Positions 39,588 to 49,193 of a stretch of 64,000 nucleotides of DNA are shown one piece after another. Below the pieces are notes generated by a model that saw only the letters and a list, made by a program, of their open reading frames with translations, ran no database searches and was not told the DNA's origin. The translations under genes were made by a program, and so were the position numbers. Every line of letters starts with the position of its first letter. The first letter of the stretch is position 1. This DNA is from a virus: positions 1 to 64,000 of the IMG/VR virus record IMGVR_UViG_3300032046_006283. The stretch is one strand, 5' to 3'.

Positions 39588-40530
39588 TAACCATTGCCTC
39601 ATCAATTATATTAATTGCCTCTTTAACTATTTCCTCATCAACACTTTCCTCTTTAGCTATCTTTAATACTAAACTTTTAACATCTTGTCTTTCTAAATTT
39701 CCTGTTCTTTCGGAAAGTGTTTTCATAAATTCTAAAATTCTTCCTGACATTTCAGAACCTAACTTAGTAGCATTCTTAAATACTTTCTCGGAAGGTTCAG
39801 CACATTTTAACGGAACAATTTCATAATCAATATCTTTCTCTATATCTAAAATAACAACAGATGGTAACCATTTTCTTTCTATATTTTCTACTCTTCCTAA
39901 TGACCCTGGATTTATAAACAATGTATTGTTTATCTTTTGAGGTTCCCATCCAGGATGAAAATGAGCTGAAAGGAAAATATCTGCCTCAGTTTTTATATCC
40001 TTTATTAAAGTATATTCATCAAAAAAAAGTTTATCAACTACCATTCCATGTGCTACTTCTATTAAAACATCACTTGGATTGTCTTTCTTTACAAAATAGT
40101 TTTTAGGATTTGAATCAAGGTTATAAGAATGATGCGCTCCTTTTACAACTACATTTCTTCCTAAACTTTCTCCTACAATAGTTCCTTTCTCTTTATTTAA
40201 TATACAAGTTACACCAGAAGTTTCTAAAACACCTAATGCAGTTCTATACAAAGTATCATAGTTATAGCCGATAATTTCGTGAGATCCAAGGACTGAAAAA
40301 ATTGAGGCATTCCAACTTTTGAATATTCCCATAATTTCATTAACTAAAGACAGCGAAGGACAAGGTGAATGGAAAAGGTCACCCCCATTCAAAACGGCAG
40401 CTATTTTATTATTTCTAATTAACTGTCCAATTTCTTGTAGTTTATTTTGTAAAGTTTTAGGATAATCATCTATACGACTGCAAGGATTATTTCCTCTATA
40501 ATGGAGATCTGTAAAAAACAATATCTTCAT
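39580..40530 (-). CDS. Mre11/SbcD-like metallophosphoesterase nuclease
   Basis: TDLHY, GGDLFH, GSHE, AHG, AHFH, INPGSLGR. Confidence 0.85.
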   Translation of the reverse strand: MKILFFTDLHYRGNNPCSRIDDYPKTLQNKLQEIGQLIRNNKIAAVLNGGDLFHSPCPSLSLVNEIMGIFKSWNASIFSVLGSHEIIGYNYDTLYRTALGVLETSGVTCILNKEKGTIVGESLGRNVVVKGAHHSYNLDSNPKNYFVKKDNPSDVLIEVAHGMVVDKLFFDEYTLIKDIKTEADIFLSAHFHPGWEPQKINNTLFINPGSLGRVENIERKWLPSVVILDIEKDIDYEIVPLKCAEPSEKVFKNATKLGSEMSGRILEFMKTLSERTGNLERQDVKSLVLKIAKEESVDEEIVKEAINIIDEAMVNE

Positions 40531-41126
40531 ACTTCCTCATATTCTAATTGAATATTTCCAAACGAATCCACATTTGTATTTAAGTCTTTACGACTTGCTA
40601 AAAAATCAGCCAAATAAACTATAAATTCCAATTTTGTATATTTTTCTAAAGGTTTTTTTACAGATTCAGGAGACCAAGGGCCCATATGATATCTAATCAA
40701 AGTAAAAATTTCTTGTTGCCACGGTTCTAATTTATCACCTGCATATCCTTTATAATATTTTTCAACTAATATAGGATGGTTTACATAATCCTCATAACTA
40801 CCTTTTCCTTTTCCACCTTTACACCCATCGTGTAAAATACAAGCTGCAATAACATTGTCTCGTGTTTCATCATTAATTTCATTTCCAAAAGCACTTATAA
40901 ATTTCAAAGCAAACCACACTACTCTTTTCGTATGAATAAGCAATCCTGAAGTTGAAAGAGCACAAGCTGGATGATACTTTCCAGTGCTTGATGCAGGTTG
41001 CGTCCAGAAATATTCTGGAAAAATATCTAATGTTTCTTTAACCCATTTACGAGTTTCGTTGTTTTTAATTAATGCTAAAGTCTTTTCAAATACTTGTTTT
41101 TTACTTTTTTCCGATAATACTTTCAT
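40527..41126 (-). CDS. HD-domain hydrolase
   Basis: PASSTGKYH, GLLIHT, ILHDGCK, HMGPW, LADFLAS. Confidence 0.85.
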   Translation of the reverse strand: MKVLSEKSKKQVFEKTLALIKNNETRKWVKETLDIFPEYFWTQPASSTGKYHPACALSTSGLLIHTKRVVWFALKFISAFGNEINDETRDNVIAACILHDGCKGGKGKGSYEDYVNHPILVEKYYKGYAGDKLEPWQQEIFTLIRYHMGPWSPESVKKPLEKYTKLEFIVYLADFLASRKDLNTNVDSFGNIQLEYEEV

Positions 41127-41695
41127 TTTACTTTCTCCCAAATTAAACAAACACGAAACCTATGATTTGTACTACGTATAATACCAATGGTACCTACTAA
41201 ACGTAATTCTTCTTTTCTATACATAGGATATGCTTGGTCAAGCCAAACTAAAAAACCTCCAGGTTTCAATATTTTATAACATTCTTTAACAACTTTATTA
41301 CGTTTAATTAAAGGAGTTCCATAATGTAAAGCATCTTCTTCAGAATAAGGAGGATCTGCAACAATTAAATCAATAGAATTAGATTCAAAATATTTAGATA
41401 ATTCATGAGCATCTCCTACAATATCAGGATTCAAATCTTGATTTATATCAAATCGAATCCCTTTTACATCTTCAGAAAGACTTCCACTAAATAAATGAAC
41501 AATTTTTTCACAATCAGGAAACATACACATAACTCTTTTTAAAAAAGTAGGTGGATATTCTCCATAAAATTTATTTTTAGATTGATAATTATTACCTATC
41601 ATCCATACTCCATAAAGCCATCTGCCGGATACTACCAAAGGAGGATATTTAGGAAAACACTCGCTATACAATTTTGTTCTATCAAATAAATTCAT
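41123..41695 (-). CDS. Small amino-type DNA methyltransferase
   Basis: HLFSGS, RFDIN, VADPPY, ILKPGG. Confidence 0.7.
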   Translation of the reverse strand: MNLFDRTKLYSECFPKYPPLVVSGRWLYGVWMIGNNYQSKNKFYGEYPPTFLKRVMCMFPDCEKIVHLFSGSLSEDVKGIRFDINQDLNPDIVGDAHELSKYFESNSIDLIVADPPYSEEDALHYGTPLIKRNKVVKECYKILKPGGFLVWLDQAYPMYRKEELRLVGTIGIIRSTNHRFRVCLIWEKVK

Positions 41696-41880
41696 TTTAC
41701 TCCTTATATTATGCTACATCCACAATTTTCGCAACTATATTCATCTCCAGCTTCTATCCTTCTAAAGGCATCTCTTCACAATCTTCATCCTCATAACCTG
41801 CTTGTTCTGCACACTCAAAACTACAAAAATAATGTTCAAAATCTGCTTCGCCAGCATCAACTGCATCGTAATCTGTTGCT

Positions 41881-42249
41881 CTAATTAACATTTTCTATTC
41901 CTCCTTCAATAATTTTTTTCCTCTCTTCATTTGACATTAAAACAAAATCTTTTAAACTATATTTGGGTTTATCTTGAATTCCTGCTTTCTCTCTTTCTTT
42001 AAATTTTTGATAAGCTCTCTCTTCAGATGTTTCTTTCACTTTATCAAGAATTTCCCATTGCAGAATTCCTATGTCTGATCTACAATGTCTACATCGGGTA
42101 TTTCCGAAGCGCCCTTTTGGAAGATTCTGTCTAACATCGTTATAGTTTCCACACTCATCACACTCAATTCTTAACCAATAATATATGTGATTTTTACCTT
42201 TCAATTTTACTCCTCCTTTTTTCTTATCTTTAATCCCACCATAATTCAA
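41881..42249 (-). CDS. Hypothetical Zn-ribbon protein
   Basis: CDEC...CRHC. Confidence 0.5.
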   Translation of the reverse strand: MNYGGIKDKKKGGVKLKGKNHIYYWLRIECDECGNYNDVRQNLPKGRFGNTRCRHCRSDIGILQWEILDKVKETSEERAYQKFKEREKAGIQDKPKYSLKDFVLMSNEERKKIIEGGIENVN

Positions 42250-42565
42250 AATAAATATGATGTTCCTTTATTGAAGTCCCTGAGTTTAACTCTACTTTAT
42301 CTGCACCATAATCTGATACCCTCATTCCAAGTCGGATCATTCCTATTGCATTAAATCTTGAAACATCAAATCCTAAAACAACTCTATCATTATGAACAGG
42401 ATTCCCTCCCGACTTAACATAAAACAACCCATATTCAGAACACAATTCGTCCAAATCATTTTTTAATGAATTATAACAAAACACGCGATCATCTCCACCA
42501 GTCAACTTTTCTAACTCCTTCATTAACTCTTCTTTTTCTTCATAAGAAAGTTCTCGATAAGACAT
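42230..42565 (-). CDS. Hypothetical protein
   Basis: ORF ending ELWWD. Confidence 0.5.
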   Translation of the reverse strand: MSYRELSYEEKEELMKELEKLTGGDDRVFCYNSLKNDLDELCSEYGLFYVKSGGNPVHNDRVVLGFDVSRFNAIGMIRLGMRVSDYGADKVELNSGTSIKEHHIYFELWWD

Positions 42566-42568
42566 TTC

Positions 42569-43708
42569 TTATTCCTCCACTATTTTATTTATAACACTTT
42601 CGGATATTGGTTGTTCACAAATAGGACATATTTTTAAATTTTCTAAAAATAATTTTAATTCATTAGCTTTTGTTTTAACGCTTTTATCTAATTTCTCAAT
42701 ATCAGTTTCACATTTTGTTATCTCGTTAAAAACCTCTAATTGGTTTTCTAAATCAAAAGCTTTTTCTAAAAGTTTTAAATTAATCTCAATAGGTTCAAAA
42801 CTAATTTCTTGGTCAACTAAAGTTTTTAAACGTTTTACTTCCTCTTGCAATATTTTTTCTTCAGCATTAACATTATTAAAACTAACACTCAAATTATTTA
42901 TTTTCTGAAACAAAACAAAAGCTTTCTCAACATTTTCAAGAGAAATAGTATCAACTATTTTTAATTTTTCATAGTCCTCTTTTGTTTTCTTACCTTGCTT
43001 TACTACCTCTTTTAAATCAAGTTCTAAAGCTTGCAATTTTTCTAACAACAAAATATTTTTATCAACTTTCTCTAATCTTTGTTTTAGATCTTGTAATTCT
43101 TCTTCACACTTTTGAATATCAATAAATTCAGATATTTCTTTTTCTAAATTTTCAGCTACTTCAGTATTACCCTTAATTTCTGTAGACAATTGTCTTATAT
43201 GCTTATTTACTTGAATAATAGCACGATCTAAAATATCTACTCCAGAAAGCATTCCTAATACTTTAGCTTTTAAAGATGGAGGAGAATTCAATAAAAAGGG
43301 ACCATCAAGTTGGTCTGCAAAGTTCAAGTCTAATCGAATAGTTTCAAAATCAATTTCAGGTATTTTAAATACTTGAGTAATTTCAACAGGTATTTCTCTA
43401 CCAAATTTTCCAAAAGTTGAATTGTTTAAAATATATTCATTTGTCTTAGTTTCTCCTTTTGAAACAATTACTCTGCGTCCAATTTCATTATCATCATCTG
43501 TTACAACACTAATAACACATTCATTTTCATCTACATTTACAAAATTATTCCCGTCAGGAGTGTTTCTTATTATCTTCTTTAAAGCCCTTAGAATAGATGA
43601 CTTTCCTGTGTTTGTAGGACCTACAATAATATTTAGTCCCCCCACGAATTCCAAAACTGTATTTTTATGAGATTGAAAATTTTTAATTTTTAATTTTTTT
43701 ATTTGCAT
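42569..43708 (-). CDS. Rad50/SbcC-like ATPase, N-terminal half ending at the zinc hook
   Basis: IKNFQSH, GPTNTGKS, Q-loop DQLD, coiled coil, terminal CPIC. Confidence 0.87.
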   Translation of the reverse strand: MQIKKLKIKNFQSHKNTVLEFVGGLNIIVGPTNTGKSSILRALKKIIRNTPDGNNFVNVDENECVISVVTDDDNEIGRRVIVSKGETKTNEYILNNSTFGKFGREIPVEITQVFKIPEIDFETIRLDLNFADQLDGPFLLNSPPSLKAKVLGMLSGVDILDRAIIQVNKHIRQLSTEIKGNTEVAENLEKEISEFIDIQKCEEELQDLKQRLEKVDKNILLLEKLQALELDLKEVVKQGKKTKEDYEKLKIVDTISLENVEKAFVLFQKINNLSVSFNNVNAEEKILQEEVKRLKTLVDQEISFEPIEINLKLLEKAFDLENQLEVFNEITKCETDIEKLDKSVKTKANELKLFLENLKICPICEQPISESVINKIVEE

Positions 43709-43994
43709 TTTTGTTTTTCTTTTTCGGTAGTTCTATATTTACAAATGAATACATCTTACCATCTACAACGTGCATACTTAATGTAATAGTATAATTTCTA
43801 TAACCATTATTATACAAAAGATCATGCAACCGTTTCATTTCACCATTTAAAAGAAGATCACATTGAATATACATTTCATGACCACATGAACTACAAGTAT
43901 TAAAACCATTATCGCGTAATAATTTAACTATCGATCTAATTGGTTTTTCTATATATTCATCATACCAATTCATTATTTTTATTCTCCTAACCAA
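43683..43994 (-). CDS. Hypothetical protein
   Basis: GFNTCSSCGH motif. Confidence 0.5.
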   Translation of the reverse strand: MVRRIKIMNWYDEYIEKPIRSIVKLLRDNGFNTCSSCGHEMYIQCDLLLNGEMKRLHDLLYNNGYRNYTITLSMHVVDGKMYSFVNIELPKKKNKNANKKIKN

Positions 43995-44268
43995 GCTTCT
44001 GTATTAAACGTTCAATTTTACTTTCTTCTTGAAATAATTTCTTTTTAATTTTTTCAAGCTCTTTAATTTTATTCTTCTTTTCCTTAATAGTATTCTCTAA
44101 TTTTTGAGTCATCTTCAACATCTCAGATATCAAAATTTCTCTTTCTTTTTCTAACCTTCTCACGTTAGCTTCTAAATTCTCTAATTTACTTGGAAACAAT
44201 GACATTCTATTTTCCTCCTTTAATTTTTTTCTTCGGTGGTTTGCAAAACCACGGCATTGCTCTATCAT
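43987..44268 (-). CDS. Small coiled-coil protein
   Basis: Heptad-rich; true start is probably the MSLF ATG near 44205. Confidence 0.45.
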   Translation of the reverse strand: MIEQCRGFANHRRKKLKEENRMSLFPSKLENLEANVRRLEKEREILISEMLKMTQKLENTIKEKKNKIKELEKIKKKLFQEESKIERLIQKLG

Positions 44269-45148
44269 AAGTAAAAAATGGAACTATTGCTCCAACAGGA
44301 TATTTTTTAGCATATCTTTTACAAACTTCATAATAATCAGATAAAGGTATTCCAAGCCATTTACCTTCGTTCCACAGTTCATTCAATTTTGTACCTTTCG
44401 CAGGGCGACAATACATTGCATGCACTTGAATAACATTTGGTAAAGATAAAGAAAGTTTAATAGACTCTTCAAATTCTTTTTTCGCAGTTTCATTATCAGA
44501 AACATAAGGCTTTGCTAATATATAAATAACATATTTAAAATTATCATTTTTACTTACTACTTCTTTAACCTTTTCAAAATTGAATCCTTTATTAATTTCT
44601 TTGCTCCTATTTGGAAATACCGTCTCTAATCCTATACAAACTTCCATTTCAATTTCTGGTTTTTCATCCGGAATAAATTCTGGACGTGATTCTACTCTTA
44701 GTTTCTCTACTCCATTTTGTTTTAAATACTTAACAATATCTTTCCAAGAAACTTGTAATTGTTCAAAATCAAAAAATGATCCAGAGTTAAAAATTTTAAA
44801 CCAAGGAGGAAAACCTCCATATTTTATTTTATAATCATCTAATTGTTCCCAAACATTTAATGCTGTAGTAGTTAAATCAGTACCTTTTTCAAAACCACAA
44901 AAACAACATTTTCGCCAACTGCAAGGTCTTACAGTTAAACAAATTGTTTGTATATCTGTCCAAACTGGCTTTATATATTTAGACACCTTTTGAACTTTCA
45001 ACACTTCAACTTTATCTGTTTCATGCCCTGCTTTTTTCAATCCTTCCATGAGTACTTCTGTTACGTGAATTTCATCTATTGCTTCTAATCTAATCCACGC
45101 AAGATTCCCTTTATAATTAATATTCACAGCAAACATAGACATAACCAT
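44207..45148 (-). CDS. Radical SAM enzyme, RaSEA (archaeosine synthase beta) family
   Basis: CSWRKCCFCGF (Cx4Cx2C), KIFNSGSFFD, VESRPEFI, IGLET, INKGF, YILAKP. Confidence 0.82.
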   Translation of the reverse strand: MVMSMFAVNINYKGNLAWIRLEAIDEIHVTEVLMEGLKKAGHETDKVEVLKVQKVSKYIKPVWTDIQTICLTVRPCSWRKCCFCGFEKGTDLTTTALNVWEQLDDYKIKYGGFPPWFKIFNSGSFFDFEQLQVSWKDIVKYLKQNGVEKLRVESRPEFIPDEKPEIEMEVCIGLETVFPNRSKEINKGFNFEKVKEVVSKNDNFKYVIYILAKPYVSDNETAKKEFEESIKLSLSLPNVIQVHAMYCRPAKGTKLNELWNEGKWLGIPLSDYYEVCKRYAKKYPVGAIVPFFTYDRAMPWFCKPPKKKIKGGK

Positions 45149-45201
45149 ATTTCCTCCTTATTAACTCAATGAATATAAAACTGATATATTTCATCTTCCT
45201 C

Positions 45202-45216
45202 TATATTATACACAAA
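45202..45216 (-). promoter_or_regulatory. Phage promoter-like motif TTTGTGTATAATATA
   Basis: Intergenic; identical 15-mer at 52377-52391; contains TATAAT. Confidence 0.55.
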
Positions 45217-45218
45217 CT

Positions 45219-46022
45219 TTATATTATATCTTTTGTTTTTTCAGCTTCAGTTAATATATCTATATCACACAATTTAATAATTTCAAGAAAAGGTACATAT
45301 CTATGAAAATTTCTAAACACTTCATATTTATTAATTGAAAAATATTGTTTGCATCGTAAATACACTTGCCACAAATCTGGATAACTATTTGTATAAGATA
45401 AAACAAAAGGATCATTCCAAAATTCTTCTGGAACAACTCCTATTGTAGTTATTACTACTTTATGATAATCTTCTAAAGGATATGGAAAAATATTATTCAC
45501 TACACTTCCATAAATTTCTTGATGTGTTTTAGAAACATTATAAGGTCTCTTAGCAGAACAAGGTAATAACAAGCACTTCTTTTTATCAGTTTTAAAATTG
45601 CACATTTTATCTAACAATTCACGAACATAAGACCTATTATAAGAATGGAAACTTGACATTACAGTTTTATTTGTTAATTTATCTTTAGTAATACCGCTTA
45701 AATCCGCTTGCATTAAAATATCAGAACATATAGGTGTAAATGACGCAAACATTTCTATTAAATCTCTTAGACAATTATTTTCTTGTGCTCGTTTTATCCA
45801 TTCCAAAATCTCTTCAATAGAATAAATTGTCCACAATCCATAATCAATGTCTTTCCTGATAGTTTCTCTTTCAACATCATGGCCAAAATAAATTAAAAAT
45901 GGCACTTGACTTAATGGTGCATTTTTTATTAACCATCTTTCTTTACGCCCGCGCGAAGCAAAAGAGCGTAAAGCAGTTCCATTATAGGTAAATGGATACT
46001 TTTTAAAATCTACTATATTCAT
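45219..46022 (-). CDS. arcS: ArcS-like archaeosine synthase domain (DUF5591)
   Basis: LLLPCSAKRPYNVSKTH, VVITTIGVVPEE. Confidence 0.75.
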   Translation of the reverse strand: MNIVDFKKYPFTYNGTALRSFASRGRKERWLIKNAPLSQVPFLIYFGHDVERETIRKDIDYGLWTIYSIEEILEWIKRAQENNCLRDLIEMFASFTPICSDILMQADLSGITKDKLTNKTVMSSFHSYNRSYVRELLDKMCNFKTDKKKCLLLPCSAKRPYNVSKTHQEIYGSVVNNIFPYPLEDYHKVVITTIGVVPEEFWNDPFVLSYTNSYPDLWQVYLRCKQYFSINKYEVFRNFHRYVPFLEIIKLCDIDILTEAEKTKDII

Positions 46023-46042
46023 TAGATTCCTTTAAATTATAA

Positions 46043-46143
46043 AGGGAGATGTAGGAGTAGGACGATATATTAATTATTTCAATATTAATTATTTCAATTA
46101 CTTTTTTATTAATTCTTTCATCAATTTTTCCAAACATCTCCCT
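46043..46143. repeat. 10-bp inverted repeat enclosing tandem 15-bp AT-rich repeats
   Basis: AGGGAGATGT (46043-46052) / ACATCTCCCT (46134-46143); ATATTAATTATTTCA x2 (46067-46096) plus a degenerate copy (46106-46120). Confidence 0.7.
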
Positions 46144-46163
46144 CTCAAATAAAAACCTTAAAG

Positions 46164-46646
46164 TTAAAAGTCAATATCATCATCCACAGCCTTAGGCTTT
46201 ACTTTCGGCTTCTCTTCTTTCTTTTCCTCTTTCTTTGGTTCTGCAGTTTGTGTAGCTTTCTTTAAAGCAGATAACTCTTCTGCCTTTAAAGCTCTGCACT
46301 TTACAACGTTACAATAAGTCTGTGTTTTTCCTTCTTTCTCTTCAACCAAAATACGACATACCTTTCCAACAAGAGAATCAAAAGTAAACGTAGCACCTAT
46401 TTCTAATTCAAAAGAAGAATCTAAAGCCTTAATCCAAGTTGACGTCTTATTATCTGGAGTCACCTTTTTACTGGTAATACCAGTAACTTTCTTACCTTCA
46501 TTATCAGGATCATTTAAGACTTCAAAAGTAAATTGCACAAGAGGACTAAATTGTCCTTCTTTCTCATTTACATCAAATAACTTCGCAGTAAAAGATCCTT
46601 CGGTTTCCAAATAATCATTCTTCTCAACTTCCCCTTTAATCACCAC
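46164..46646 (-). CDS. Putative single-stranded DNA-binding protein
   Basis: Beta-rich core, acidic tail DDDIDF, located near recA; AGGAGG RBS. Confidence 0.6.
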   Translation of the reverse strand: MVIKGEVEKNDYLETEGSFTAKLFDVNEKEGQFSPLVQFTFEVLNDPDNEGKKVTGITSKKVTPDNKTSTWIKALDSSFELEIGATFTFDSLVGKVCRILVEEKEGKTQTYCNVVKCRALKAEELSALKKATQTAEPKKEEKKEEKPKVKPKAVDDDIDF

Positions 46647-46681
46647 TATTGTTCACCTCCTTAATTTTTTAATTTTATAGT

Positions 46682-47263
46682 TTAAAAATTATCATCATAT
46701 TTTTTGCCAATTACTTTTCGTTGAATTTCTCCTATCTCTATTTGTGTTTGTATTACTGTTAATTGTCTTGATATGTTTTTATCTGTTTTTTCAAATCCTT
46801 TCAACTTTTCACGGCAAATTTCAGTATGCGCTTTCGCATCATTTAATGCTTTTTCAGCAAAAAACTTTAACTTTCCAATATCTTCAATTTTTTCTTCTGC
46901 AGCTGCTTGTCTTAAATTTTGATTTGAAAGAGCAGCTACATCTTCAGATCTGAGTTGAATTCTTAGATATTTCTCATAAAACATTTTTGTATCATTAAAT
47001 AAAGAATTAAACTTATTTTCATTTGCAATTGCATTCATTACAATAGTAACAATACGCTCCATATAACTATTAATTGCAGCTATTTTCGCATTCAATTTAT
47101 CTAAACCAACAGAACTAGGGTCTGGGTCTAATGCAATAATATAATTATCTAATTCTTTTTCTATTTCAGAATAATCTAAAGGTTCTGTATTCTCAAATTT
47201 CTCTTGTAATGTTTCTAATTTTGCAAACCAAGGAATATTTTCAACCTTACTTTGAATTGCCAT
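46682..47263 (-). CDS. Helical hypothetical protein (possible recombination mediator)
   Basis: Coiled-coil ORF between recA and the SSB-like gene. Confidence 0.45.
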   Translation of the reverse strand: MAIQSKVENIPWFAKLETLQEKFENTEPLDYSEIEKELDNYIIALDPDPSSVGLDKLNAKIAAINSYMERIVTIVMNAIANENKFNSLFNDTKMFYEKYLRIQLRSEDVAALSNQNLRQAAAEEKIEDIGKLKFFAEKALNDAKAHTEICREKLKGFEKTDKNISRQLTVIQTQIEIGEIQRKVIGKKYDDNF

Positions 47264-47567
47264 CTGTTTTCTCCAATATTTTTTTCAAAGATAAATCTAA
47301 TTCTTTATCTTTTTCTCTGGTCATTTTTATATCTATATTAACAAGAGCCTTCACAGCTTGAAACATTTGATTATTAATTTCTTTTAACTTTTCTTTATCT
47401 TCCAGTTTATCTAAATCTAATTCAATTTCTGCTTCTAAAATTGTAGGAAGAAAATCCCAAAAACTATAACTTAAAGAACTCGCAATTTTTCTTCCATATC
47501 CTTTTGTTATTTTAATAATTTTTAAAGCCATCTTAAAAATCCTCCTCTTTATTTTCTTGAATATCAC
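47247..47567 (-). CDS. Hypothetical protein
   Basis: ORF; probable start at MALK after GGAGG. Confidence 0.5.
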   Translation of the reverse strand: MIFKKIKRRIFKMALKIIKITKGYGRKIASSLSYSFWDFLPTILEAEIELDLDKLEDKEKLKEINNQMFQAVKALVNIDIKMTREKDKELDLSLKKILEKTDGNSK

Positions 47568-48561
47568 TATTTCTCTTTTCCCAAATCTTAGTATAAACTA
47601 AATCATATGTTACAGGATCTTTTAACAAAGACATAAATCCATCTTTACCATTTGCAGTAACTCTGTCATCATCAATAAGAGTATATTTAGGTCCTGACTT
47701 ACGAATTACATTCCTACGTAATCCTTCTTCTAAAAGTAAAAGTTCAAAATTAACACCTTTTTCATAAAGAACAGGAAATTCACCTCTTCTTCTTGGAGGA
47801 GCTAACTTATTTTTTACAACACAAACATCAATACTATGGCCCAAAAGAATGTCTCCTTTTTTAACATCTGACTTCATTACTTTCTTTACTTTATATCTTT
47901 GAGAAGCATAAAACTTTAAAGCTCTACCTCCAGGAGTCTTTTCAGGGTCGCCCCACATAACTCCAACTGCATCTCTTACTTGATTAACAAAAACTAAACA
48001 AGTTTCTGTTTTATTCAATTCAGGTGCAATTTTTCGTAACCCTTTACCCATTATACGTGCAAGAAGTGCCATTTGTTGATCTTCCATAGCACCTTCTATT
48101 TCTGCTTGAGGTACTAATCCAACAACAGAATCAATAACTACATATGCAAATATATTACTTTGAACAAATTCTAAAGCCATATCAAAAGCTTCTTCAGCAC
48201 TTACTTGACCTACTGCTTCGATCATATTTGTATCTATTCCATAAATTTCCATCCACTCTTTTGGAGTGCCATACTCTAAATCAAAATAGACAGAAGGTTT
48301 ATTATACTTCTTTTGTGCATTGCCCATTGCTTGAAGTGTTAACAAACTTTTACCACTGCTTTCTGGACCAAAAATTTCTATCATATTACCTTGAGGAAAA
48401 CCTCCTATACCTGAAGCAATATCAACAGTAATAATACCAGTTGAATAAGCATTCTTAGAAACTTTATCTAAATTTATTATTTTGTCTTTATATTTATTCT
48501 CCATGTATTTCTTAAACACTTTTGGATCTTTTGGAACTTCACCTTTACTACTTTTAGTCAT
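47533..48561 (-). CDS. recA: RecA recombinase
   Basis: EIFGPESSGKS, VIDSV, VFVNQVR, TPGGRALKFYAS, VVKNKLAPP. Confidence 0.95.
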   Translation of the reverse strand: MTKSSKGEVPKDPKVFKKYMENKYKDKIINLDKVSKNAYSTGIITVDIASGIGGFPQGNMIEIFGPESSGKSLLTLQAMGNAQKKYNKPSVYFDLEYGTPKEWMEIYGIDTNMIEAVGQVSAEEAFDMALEFVQSNIFAYVVIDSVVGLVPQAEIEGAMEDQQMALLARIMGKGLRKIAPELNKTETCLVFVNQVRDAVGVMWGDPEKTPGGRALKFYASQRYKVKKVMKSDVKKGDILLGHSIDVCVVKNKLAPPRRRGEFPVLYEKGVNFELLLLEEGLRRNVIRKSGPKYTLIDDDRVTANGKDGFMSLLKDPVTYDLVYTKIWEKRNSDIQENKEEDF

Positions 48562-48770
48562 TCTTTATCTCCTTTCTTTATCTCTAAATCGAAAGATGTT
48601 TCATACATAGAGAAATTCACAATAGTGTAACCAACTATTTCTCCAGTATCCATATCCCTTCTTTGCACTGCTCCAGATTTATGATCATAACCAATAGCTG
48701 ATTTGGGTTTATCGAAAGCAATATAAAGAACATCTGAATCCTTATCATAGTCTAAGTGTAATATCTTCAT
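48558..48770 (-). CDS. DUF2283 family protein
   Basis: YDKDSDVLYI...GEIVGYTI. Confidence 0.75.
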   Translation of the reverse strand: MKILHLDYDKDSDVLYIAFDKPKSAIGYDHKSGAVQRRDMDTGEIVGYTIVNFSMYETSFDLEIKKGDKE

Positions 48771-48773
48771 CTT

Positions 48774-49178
48774 TTACTCCTTTTCTTCTTTCCACCTTTT
48801 TGCAAAATTTTTAATTGTATCTAATCCATAAAATCTCATGGATTTGTAAATTAACAATGGTGTTCGTTCTTCGGCAATTGGCCCGCAAAGCACACAGTTA
48901 ACTCCGGACTTAAATAATTCTAAAACTGCTTCTTTATCTTCTTCACTTGTATTAAAGAATATCCTTGGAACATCTTCTTCCTTCTTCCTCTTAAATAAAA
49001 TCTTAGGAAATTTCATTTTTGAAATACCTCCAGGCATTGTTCTATTATCAACATCTAAATCTACTACAATACCTCCGCATACTGAACACCATCTAACAAC
49101 AGTTGAACAACCTACACCATTTTCTAATGTTTCATAAATTATTTCTAACTCATGATCTTTTCCATCAATACATGGCAT
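48774..49178 (-). CDS. Hypothetical protein
   Basis: VVRWCSVCG. Confidence 0.5.
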   Translation of the reverse strand: MPCIDGKDHELEIIYETLENGVGCSTVVRWCSVCGGIVVDLDVDNRTMPGGISKMKFPKILFKRKKEEDVPRIFFNTSEEDKEAVLELFKSGVNCVLCGPIAEERTPLLIYKSMRFYGLDTIKNFAKRWKEEKE

Positions 49179-49193
49179 ACTTTTTCTCCTTCT

